The notes under the pieces are model-generated. The model had not been told where the DNA came from, ran no database searches, and saw only the letters and a program-made list of their open reading frames with translations. From NCBI GenBank assembly GCA_964472475.1, contig CAYYLU010000003.1:1-59943 (forward strand): a stretch of 59,943 nt of DNA. The letters are read 5' to 3'. Each line of letters begins with the position of its first letter. Within the stretch, counting starts at the first letter, position 1. This DNA comes from an uncultured Syntrophus sp. (GTDB taxonomy: Bacteria > Desulfobacterota > Syntrophorhabdia > Syntrophorhabdales > Syntrophorhabdaceae). The translations under genes and the position numbers were made by a program. This document shows, piece by piece, positions 18,971 through 26,848 of the stretch.

Positions 18971-20143
18971 ATGGGCTATTCGGACATGCTGGATAGGGAG
19001 CCTTTCCCGGTTCACACACTTAAACGGGTAGATCGACCTACAACTATCATACACGATGAAGAGGTGAGGCCGGTAAGCGAACTCGACGCCGGATTCATGA
19101 AGGCTCGCCGTGGTATTTACGGTCCTGCACTTCAACACGAAGTTATGCGGTTTGTCGGCAAGCATCCGTTGTCGGGAGCTGAACGCTGGATGATGAACCT
19201 GATGCGGGAATTTGTTGATGGCATGGTGGCAAAGCAGAAAGCCCCGATCCCTGATGACCCCGCACTGCTCGCGCACCACATTAGAAACGTTGCCTACTTT
19301 CTGCGTGCTGATCTGGTCGGTATATGCGCTCTGCCCCGGTATGCGGTGTACACTCACGCCTTCGACTGGAAAGGAAATGTTGAAGAGGGCATACCGGTAG
19401 ACCTTAAGCATAAGAATGCGATTGCTATCCTTATTGATCAGGACGAACCCACGTCAAGACTCTTCACAGGCAGTGACTGGATCAGCAACTCCATGAGCAT
19501 GCTCGCGTATTCAACGTCCGGCTTTATCGCAATGATCCTCGCGGAATATATACGAAGGCTCGGTTATCCGTCCCGTGCACACTTCGCGGTCAATTATCAG
19601 GTTGTGTTACCGCCCATCCTGCTCTGGGCTGGTCTGGGCGAAATGAGTCGAATTGGAGACTGCATCGTTAATCCTTTTCTGGGACCGCGTTTTAAAGCGT
19701 CGGTTGTGACGACGGATCTGCCGTTGATGGCCGACAAGCCAATAGATTTCGGTTTGCAGGATTTCTGTTCAAAATGTAGGAAGTGTGCCCGTGAATGCCC
19801 GTCAGGTGCCCTGAATCATGGAGGCAAGACCATGCACAACGGGTATGAGAAGTGGCCCGTAAATGTTGAGGCGTGCACAAAAATGAGGGTGGGCAACCCA
19901 AACGGGTCAGGGTGTGGAACATGTTTTAAAGTCTGCCCGTGGAATAAACCCTATACTCCGTTTCATCGCGCTATCGGCTGGACAATGCGAAGGTCTGCTC
20001 TGGCCCGCAAACTGGCCATTGCAGGCGATGACCTGTTCGGATATGGAACGCCGGATTATTCTAAAAAGTGGTGGTTTGATCTGGAAGATGTTCACGGAGA
20101 CGGAATTCTTACCATACCGTCTGATCCAAACACGCCGAAATAA
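18971..20143 (+). CDS. Reductive dehalogenase-family (RdhA/QueG superfamily) Fe-S protein, no Tat signal
   Basis: The C-terminal half carries CSKCRKCARECP and a split second cluster motif C...CGTCFKVCPWNKP. 390 aa. No twin-arginine leader and no adjacent rdhB-like membrane anchor. Confidence 0.65.
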   Translation: MGYSDMLDREPFPVHTLKRVDRPTTIIHDEEVRPVSELDAGFMKARRGIYGPALQHEVMRFVGKHPLSGAERWMMNLMREFVDGMVAKQKAPIPDDPALLAHHIRNVAYFLRADLVGICALPRYAVYTHAFDWKGNVEEGIPVDLKHKNAIAILIDQDEPTSRLFTGSDWISNSMSMLAYSTSGFIAMILAEYIRRLGYPSRAHFAVNYQVVLPPILLWAGLGEMSRIGDCIVNPFLGPRFKASVVTTDLPLMADKPIDFGLQDFCSKCRKCARECPSGALNHGGKTMHNGYEKWPVNVEACTKMRVGNPNGSGCGTCFKVCPWNKPYTPFHRAIGWTMRRSALARKLAIAGDDLFGYGTPDYSKKWWFDLEDVHGDGILTIPSDPNTPK

Positions 20144-20184
20144 TTGAAGATCGGAATACTCAACGTCGGAAACCTTCTTTGCAG

Positions 20185-21276
20185 CTATTGTCCGGGGTTG
20201 GCTGTGAGCGTATGAATAATCTGTCCCGGTTCCATAATGATTGCCTTTGTTGAATCAAAGCCTGTCTGTTCCATTGTCCTCTTCAAATCCACAACAGGAT
20301 AGGAAGCAGGTTCATCACCGAGTTGAAACGTACCCCATTGAGTAGGTATGAGATGCTTTGCACCGAGGTCATTGAAGGCATCCAGTACCTCGACTACGTT
20401 CATGTGGGCGTAATGCATGAACCATCTCGGGTGGTAGGCGCCGACGGGCATCAAAGCATAGTCTATTTTCGGATATACTTTGCCTATTTCTTTATATCCG
20501 GCGAAGTACCCGCTGTCCCCTCCATAATAGATTGTTACATTCGGAGTTATGATGAGAAAACTTGCCCAGAGCGTCTTGTTTACGCCCTGCGTAATACGTC
20601 TGGACCAGTGCTGGGCAGGAAGACACACGATCTTTACTCCGTTTCCAAGCTCATGTTCCTCCCACCAATCCATCTCGTTTGTTTTTTTTCCAGTTATCTG
20701 TCCGACGTAATTTCCCAGACCGAGAGGAACGAACACTGTCGCGTCATCGGGAAGTCCCCGCAGACTAGGCTTGTCGAGATGATCATAGTGATTGTGTGAG
20801 ACGATGATATTCAGTTTTCCCCTGATTTTGCCTATCTCCTCGAGAGAAAGGGCAGGTGCTACAAGCCGTTTTGGCAGGAGAGCCCGATCCGAAAACATCG
20901 GGTCCGTCAACCAGTATTCCCCGCCTGCGCGTATGAGAAATGTTGCATGACCAATCCACGCAATGAAGTCTCCCTCAGGTGTCTGGTCGACGCGTTCCTT
21001 GAGGTTAGGGATAGGTTTTGCTTTTAAGGTCTTCTCCTCTTCGGTATATGTATTTCGGGAAGAGAACTTCCAGCGGAGCAATCTCTCAAACCCATGTTCT
21101 TCCATTGGTATCCACGGGTTGTAAAACACATCATCTTTGAAATGAGGCGCATAAAGGAGCGCAGGACCGACACTGGTGGTTTTGTTTCTCCATTTCACTT
21201 CATCAAAGGCGGGCGGGTTCATGCTGCACCTTGGAAAAGAGAATAGAAAAGTAAAACAGATAATGCACTGGAACAT
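20185..21276 (-). CDS. MBL-fold metallo-hydrolase (NAPE-PLD-like), secreted
   Basis: HNHYDHLD metal motif and a hydrophobic N-terminus from the ATG at 21276. The ORF is open to a TTG at 21312, 4 nt after the msrA stop. Confidence 0.75.
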   Translation of the reverse strand: MFQCIICFTFLFSFPRCSMNPPAFDEVKWRNKTTSVGPALLYAPHFKDDVFYNPWIPMEEHGFERLLRWKFSSRNTYTEEEKTLKAKPIPNLKERVDQTPEGDFIAWIGHATFLIRAGGEYWLTDPMFSDRALLPKRLVAPALSLEEIGKIRGKLNIIVSHNHYDHLDKPSLRGLPDDATVFVPLGLGNYVGQITGKKTNEMDWWEEHELGNGVKIVCLPAQHWSRRITQGVNKTLWASFLIITPNVTIYYGGDSGYFAGYKEIGKVYPKIDYALMPVGAYHPRWFMHYAHMNVVEVLDAFNDLGAKHLIPTQWGTFQLGDEPASYPVVDLKRTMEQTGFDSTKAIIMEPGQIIHTLTANPGQ

Positions 21277-21316
21277 CACGTGCACAAAGTCTTTTCTTGG
21301 TTTTGTGCCCAATAAT

Positions 21317-22120
21317 TCACCTGCTCTTTATTGCCTTCACGATCCTGTCAACGCTCTCAGGTTCAAGACCGGCGAGCTTGAGCTCTGATTTCAGATCTTC
21401 AATAGTTCCATTGCCGCCTGCAAACCCGTTTACCCTGGCAGCAGCTGTGGAATTTGTAAAATCCTCCGGAGAAGAATATAATGTGCTAAACTCCTTTATA
21501 AGCAGACGGTTGTCCCTCAAATAGTACTTCTGATGATAATCCTCGGCCGGCCAGAATGTCTCGAACGGGATGATTGCGGTGAGTACCTTTCTTTTTCTGG
21601 AGTTTGTTTCGTAATCCTTTGTCCTGAGTGCGAACCTTTGCTGTTCCTCATTGTGGTAAAATATGCTTGACATGTACTGACGGGAATACGGCGGCACAGT
21701 GGGTTCGTGATCTTGCCAGAAGATTTCCAACAATTCCGAATATGAAATTATGGTGGGGTCGTATACTATTTGTATCGTTTCCGAGTGATCACCGAGGTTT
21801 TCGTATGTAGGAAGCTTTTTCGAACCCCCGGCGTAACCTACCTTTGTACGGATCACACCTTTTAGTTGCCCGAACCGGGCATCAGGCCCCCAGAATCATC
21901 CCATCGCGAATGTTGCTGTTTCAGTTTTCTTATCTTTACCGGATTGTTCCGGGCTGCCGATTTTTTCGGACACCTTATTTTCTCCAGTAAGGTCTGTCTT
22001 TTTCGGATTGCTTGTGCGTTCGCGACTCTCCTGCCGAATGCAGGATGCGCCTGCCAGAAGAACAAATACTAACGCAGTATACAGTATCAGATTTCTTGCT
22101 ATCGCGTTCTTGTAACTCAC
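21317..22120 (-). CDS. msrA: Peptide methionine (S)-sulfoxide reductase MsrA, lipoprotein, with in-frame UGA (predicted Sec) at the catalytic Cys position
   Basis: ORFs 21896..22120 and 21317..21856 share a frame, separated only by TGA (21896..21898). The joined sequence reads ...TATFAMG-U-FWGPDARFGQLKGVIRTKVGYAGG, matching the MsrA motif GCFWG...GYAGG. The N-terminus has a signal peptide with lipobox (LLAGASC). Confidence 0.8.
21867..21895 (-). promoter_or_regulatory. Candidate bacterial SECIS hairpin downstream of the msrA UGA
   Basis: On the minus strand, UGCCCG-GUU-CGGGCA (21881..21867) begins 14 nt after the UGA. It is a 6-bp stem with G/U in the loop. Confidence 0.4.
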
Positions 22121-22193
22121 GGGCTCCTGAAAAGGCCGGTTGTCTCAAGCACGGGGTTGATTGCCCGATAGTCCTGCAAAAGTCTTTTTCCGT

Positions 22194-22463
22194 TCACTCA
22201 GGCAAAGGCAACTGCTCCGGTTCGCAGAGTAGTTCGGGATTGATTGCGACCCGGCCGCATTTAAGGCATTTGAACCGTACGTTATTCTTTCTGTTGTGGC
22301 ACAGAGAGGCAAGAAAGGGACTTGTCGTACCGCACCAATCTGCCTTCGTGGTCTGCCCCTGTACCTTACATATTCCATCTGCGCTAAGAGAAACCGCACC
22401 GCAATTTGCACAGATAAACGCTCTTGTTTCTTTCGGAAGAGTGATGTATTTACCTGATTGCAT
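22194..22463 (-). CDS. Cys-rich (8 Cys, two CxxC) 89-aa hypothetical protein
   Basis: The ORF starts 57 nt downstream of the GRE stop on the same strand. Motifs CANCG and CLKCG are zinc-ribbon-like. Confidence 0.5.
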   Translation of the reverse strand: MQSGKYITLPKETRAFICANCGAVSLSADGICKVQGQTTKADWCGTTSPFLASLCHNRKNNVRFKCLKCGRVAINPELLCEPEQLPLPE

Positions 22464-22520
22464 AATCGATCTATCTCCTTATCAGCCGAACGGCAGCGTG
22501 TCCGGCACGCGTACTTTGGA

Positions 22521-24953
22521 CTACGAGGTTGTCCCCGAGAGACTGACCTCCGTCCGCCTGATAATGTCGTCCTGTACGCCTTTACCCAGGTCTATGAAAT
22601 AGGCGCTGTAACCAGCTACACGCACGACAAGGTCCTGGTATTCCTCGGGGGTCTGCTGGGCTTCCAAAAGCTTTTCCTTCCCCACCACATTGAACTGGAC
22701 CCATTTGCCACCCATATCGGCATAGGTGTCTATCAGCATGCCGAGCTTCTTTAGATCCTCTGTTTTGGCGAGTGAAGAGCTATGTAGTTTCACATTCAAC
22801 AGTGCCGATGAACAGGACGCCTGATCTATCTTTGCCGCGCTTTTAAAGAGTGCTGTCGGACCGTTTGTATCTTTCCCCTGCGAGGGTGATACTGTTCCGT
22901 CCGCAAGCGTTGTGCCGGCCAGTCTTCCGTCGGGCGTTGCTCCGGTTATGGCGCCGCCGGCCCACATCGACGAAATGGATGCGCCTCCTACCCCTCTAAT
23001 CCTGCCTCCGACCGGCCGTTGGGCGGTCTTGTATTTGGCCTCTTCGTCTATAATGAACGCGTAAAGATCTCTTGCAATGGAGTCTACATAATCGTCGTCG
23101 TTACCGTACTTTGGTGCCTGCAGACACAACTTCCGAATTTCGCTGTTTCCGTTACCTTCAAAGTTCTTAGCCAGTGCCTCTCTAAGTTCGTTCATGCTCA
23201 TCTTTTTCTTATCAAAGACAAGCTCCTTGATAGCGGCAAGAGAGTCTATAACATTCACAGTGCCCACCGGGACCATGATGGCCCTGAAATCGTATGGAGG
23301 CACAGCCTCCCTTACCGATACCGGTTTCCCCATTTTGATACCATCGTGCATAAGGGCGGTTTCCAGGATCTCCACCGCGTCATAATAACGCACCAGTCTT
23401 CTTGAATAGGCGATCAAAGCACTATGTTCATGCCAGATGCTCATGAAATGCGCGAGAAAGTCCTTGAATTGTGAATAGAATTCTTCAAAAGACTCGAGGT
23501 TCTCAACATCCGCTTTGTAAGGTCCGACATCACGACCCGTCTTAACATCCGTGCCACCATTCATAAATATTTCCAGTACCTTCGGCACAACAAAGAAGCC
23601 GCCGCCCAGAAAACTTGCTTTACCGGGAACAGCCGGGTCGAGACAGCCGGCCAGGTGGTAGTTACGCGCCTCTGAAACAGGCACGCCCCCTGACGTCATG
23701 TACTCGATGAAAGATCTGTCCAATGCAAACGCCGGCATGCCTATTCCCGTTTTCACAACTTCAAGCGCCTTCACCATCAACTTCTCCGGCGTCTTCTCGT
23801 GTATTCTCATCGAAATGGTATGATGGGTGAGGCGCAGTCTGTTGGCCGCCTCCAGGACAAGATACGTCAATTCATTGGTAGCGTCGGTCCCATCAGCCTT
23901 AACCCCTCCGATCGTCATGTTCCGCCACTTGGCAAATCCAACGTGCTGTGATCGTTTCGACCCGGACAACTTAATGTTCTCAGGTTTCATGCATTTGATT
24001 CGGAGCTCGCAAAGCAGTTCCAGGACTTCTTCATCTGTTAGTTTGCCTTCATCTTTATCTTTGCGGTAGAAAGGGTACATATACTGATCGAACCTGCCCA
24101 GGTTTGTTGTGGAAGCAGGCGTGAAAAGTATCTGATTGATCCAAAGTGATTGCATCGCCTCATGAAAGGTCCGGGGTCGATTTGCCGGTACCCAACGGCA
24201 GGCCTGCGCTATCTTTTCCAAATCCTTTTTCCGGGCCGGATCCTTTTCTTCTGCTGCCAGTGCCTGTGCAGCATCGGAATACCTTTCCGCCAGACGGATA
24301 ACAGCTTTCAAGACAATGATCAAAGACTCCAGGAAGTGTTTCTTTTCAATCGCATCCTGATCGAGCAGTCTCAGGCCCTTCATTTCATCTTCCGCTTCCT
24401 GTATGATAGGCTCGAGGCCGTTCATCCATCGCTCGAAGTCGGAGTAGCAATCGGTAAAGTTGAACGAGAGGCATAGACCGCTGCCCGCATATGCTCCTCT
24501 GAATTCATCTTTCGTTTTCATCGGAGGAAGAGTTATCCCAAGTTGAAGAAATTCGAACAATCTATCATCGAAAAGTTTCGATTGCGTATACTCCGCACAT
24601 CTCGTTTCCCAGTACTTGCCTACTTCGCGTATCATCGGCCATTCATTATCTTCGACTGAGACAATTTCATCTTCTACGGCGCCCCTTATATCTTCTTCTT
24701 TCCAGAGTCCAAGGAAGGGGTCGAGTTCAGCTCCCCAGGGCTTGCTTGCTCCTTCGCCGACAATAAGCTCGTCATTGTCTATCAATACGGGCATGTTCTC
24801 AAGCATGTGCGCGTAAGCCTTTGCGTACCTCAGAATCGGCGGTTCGGCCTCAGTTGTCTTAAAAGATTCCGTGATCAGACGGGCTTTCTCGGTACAGAGC
24901 GGAAAACTTTTCTTCTGAATTTTGTCCGTAAGTTTTTCTATTCTTGTCTTCAT
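22521..24953 (-). CDS. Glycyl radical enzyme (pyruvate formate-lyase superfamily), substrate unknown
   Basis: 810 aa. C-terminal glycyl-radical motif VVRVAGYSAYF, a thiyl loop LAGCLDPAVPG, and a PFL-like N-terminal region. Confidence 0.9.
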   Translation of the reverse strand: MKTRIEKLTDKIQKKSFPLCTEKARLITESFKTTEAEPPILRYAKAYAHMLENMPVLIDNDELIVGEGASKPWGAELDPFLGLWKEEDIRGAVEDEIVSVEDNEWPMIREVGKYWETRCAEYTQSKLFDDRLFEFLQLGITLPPMKTKDEFRGAYAGSGLCLSFNFTDCYSDFERWMNGLEPIIQEAEDEMKGLRLLDQDAIEKKHFLESLIIVLKAVIRLAERYSDAAQALAAEEKDPARKKDLEKIAQACRWVPANRPRTFHEAMQSLWINQILFTPASTTNLGRFDQYMYPFYRKDKDEGKLTDEEVLELLCELRIKCMKPENIKLSGSKRSQHVGFAKWRNMTIGGVKADGTDATNELTYLVLEAANRLRLTHHTISMRIHEKTPEKLMVKALEVVKTGIGMPAFALDRSFIEYMTSGGVPVSEARNYHLAGCLDPAVPGKASFLGGGFFVVPKVLEIFMNGGTDVKTGRDVGPYKADVENLESFEEFYSQFKDFLAHFMSIWHEHSALIAYSRRLVRYYDAVEILETALMHDGIKMGKPVSVREAVPPYDFRAIMVPVGTVNVIDSLAAIKELVFDKKKMSMNELREALAKNFEGNGNSEIRKLCLQAPKYGNDDDYVDSIARDLYAFIIDEEAKYKTAQRPVGGRIRGVGGASISSMWAGGAITGATPDGRLAGTTLADGTVSPSQGKDTNGPTALFKSAAKIDQASCSSALLNVKLHSSSLAKTEDLKKLGMLIDTYADMGGKWVQFNVVGKEKLLEAQQTPEEYQDLVVRVAGYSAYFIDLGKGVQDDIIRRTEVSLSGTTS

Positions 24954-25014
24954 CCGTTGCTTCTCCTTGTGCTACAGGTAATTAATCATCATTACATTAC
25001 GCTAAATAGTTGAA

Positions 25015-25512
25015 TTAATCAACCTTTCTGAATACCGACCCCTTTGCTCCGCAGACGGGGCACGTATCCGGTGCTTCTCTTTCCGCAGTCAGACCGCACA
25101 CGGGACAAACATAATATGAATAATTGTCGGTAGGCTTACCGAGGCTATCCAGCAGAGACTTATACAACTCCGCGTGGATCTTCTCAACGGCATTGGCGAA
25201 TGTAAAGCTGCGCTCCGCTGCCTTCTGACTTTCAGCCCTGGCGGCTTCAATCATCTCCGGATACATCTTTGTGAATTCGTGTGTTTCTCCCTGAATCGCT
25301 TCCTCAAGGTTTTCCTTTGTAGAACGGATTCCGTTCAATACTCTCAGGTGGGCGTGGGCGTGCACGGTCTCTGCTTCCGCAGCTGCCCGAAATAGACGTG
25401 CCACCTGTGGAAATCCCTCCTGATCTGCTTTTACTGCAAATGCAAGGTATTTACGATTTGCCTGAGACTCACCGGCGAAAGCCTCTTTTAGATATTCTTC
25501 TGTTTTTGCCAT
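25015..25512 (-). CDS. rbr: Rubrerythrin
   Basis: Ferritin-like di-iron helices (EAFAGESQANRKY, EAIQGETHE) plus a C-terminal rubredoxin-like CPVCG...CPVCG. Confidence 0.9.
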   Translation of the reverse strand: MAKTEEYLKEAFAGESQANRKYLAFAVKADQEGFPQVARLFRAAAEAETVHAHAHLRVLNGIRSTKENLEEAIQGETHEFTKMYPEMIEAARAESQKAAERSFTFANAVEKIHAELYKSLLDSLGKPTDNYSYYVCPVCGLTAEREAPDTCPVCGAKGSVFRKVD

Positions 25513-25576
25513 AAACTCTTCCTCCTTTCAGGTCTATTAAACTGTTTATTGCTCAGACTATATTCTGTTCAGTTTA

Positions 25577-26155
25577 CTATTTAAGTCTTTTCTCAGCAGC
25601 TTCCCAGTTTATGTTTTTGAAAAACGATTCAATGTAGTCGGCACGCTTAAGGCCATAATCAATCATGAAGGCGTGCTCGAATACATCCATAATCAGAATG
25701 GGAGTGCATCCTGCCGGGTGCCCCACATCGTGTTCATTGATCCAGCAATTGATAAGCCTGCCGCTTACTGTGTCAAGATAGAGAACAACCCAGCCAATAC
25801 CTCTCATAGCCCCGGTCGCTCTGAAGTCTTTTTCCCAGGCTTCGTAACTGCCAAACGATTCGGCAAGCTTGCCGCGTAACCTCGCCGCGTTGGCCATATC
25901 ACCTTTGCCTCCGAGATTTTCAAAATAGTACTCGTGAAGCCGCATGCCATTGAATTCCCAGCCGAATCTTCTTTTCAGTTCCGCGTACTGGGCATCAACT
26001 GTCTGGCCGCCGTTCAGCATCAGTACCAGGCTGTCCAGAACTTTATTGGTATTTGTCACGTAACCCTGATAAAGCGTAAAGTGGTTCTTTAGAAGGGTAT
26101 CACTGAAACCTTCCATTCCTAACAGCCCCTCATAATTCTTAGCCTGGTATGTCAT
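25577..26155 (-). CDS. Fe/Mn-family superoxide dismutase
   Basis: 192 aa. DVFEHAF(Y)MIDY C-terminal metal-ligand motif and an NHFTLYQGYV N-terminal helix. Confidence 0.8.
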   Translation of the reverse strand: MTYQAKNYEGLLGMEGFSDTLLKNHFTLYQGYVTNTNKVLDSLVLMLNGGQTVDAQYAELKRRFGWEFNGMRLHEYYFENLGGKGDMANAARLRGKLAESFGSYEAWEKDFRATGAMRGIGWVVLYLDTVSGRLINCWINEHDVGHPAGCTPILIMDVFEHAFMIDYGLKRADYIESFFKNINWEAAEKRLK

Positions 26156-26181
26156 TTTCTCCTCCTCTGTTTAGAATGATG

Positions 26182-26604
26182 TTATTGTTCATGAGCGCAG
26201 TTCTTACACAGACCTTTAAAGTTGATCTGTACCACGTCTACCCGGTGTTCATCAATCATTTTTATATCGCGCGGAAAGTCTTGAAAAGGTGTGTCACAAT
26301 AAACGTCAAAGACCTCTCCGCATACCTTGCAGTAGAAGTGTGAATGAGACTCTGTGCACGGGTCAAACCTTTTTCTTCCAGGATCAATATCGAGTTCCTG
26401 GATCTTTCCGGATTGCGCGAGCTTCGACAGAGTGTTATAGACTGTGGCAAAAGATATCGAAGGATGTTCTTTGACAATCTCCGTATATATGCGGTCCGCA
26501 GACGGGTGGTCCTTATTACCATCGAGAAGCCTGAGTATAGCAATCCGTTGCGGCGTTACCTTAAGGCCTATCTCTCTCAAAGTATCTGTAGTATGATCCT
26601 GCAT
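26182..26604 (-). CDS. Fur-family transcriptional regulator (PerR-like by context)
   Basis: Motifs LKVTPQRIAILRLL, HSHFYCKVCG and CKNC. First gene of the sod-rbr array. Confidence 0.85.
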   Translation of the reverse strand: MQDHTTDTLREIGLKVTPQRIAILRLLDGNKDHPSADRIYTEIVKEHPSISFATVYNTLSKLAQSGKIQELDIDPGRKRFDPCTESHSHFYCKVCGEVFDVYCDTPFQDFPRDIKMIDEHRVDVVQINFKGLCKNCAHEQ

Positions 26605-26615
26605 AATCTATAAAT

Positions 26616-26644
26616 ATTATAAACAAATAATAGTTGTTTGTAAA
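26616..26644 (-). promoter_or_regulatory. Sigma70-like promoter TTTACA-N17-TATAAT with a palindrome (AAACAA-N7-TTGTTT) in the spacer; would give a (nearly) leaderless perR mRNA
   Basis: On the minus strand the -35 lies at 26644..26639 and the -10 at 26621..26616. The ATG at 26604 is only 11 nt after the -10, with no Shine-Dalgarno. The AT-rich palindrome resembles a Fur/PerR box. Confidence 0.4.
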
Positions 26645-26848
26645 GAATAAAATGATTTTTGAGGGAGACCCGTTTCCTGAAACGCAAATCCATGGTGCTT
26701 CTCCCCTTGATTCACAGAGATATCTCCCGGAACGGCTGCTATTATATAGCATCCCCCAATCATGAATCACCATGTACAGAAGGAAACAAGTCATTTTTCG
26801 CCTGGTGTTGGTCAGGATACATGATATACTTGTCTCAGGAGGGCGCGC

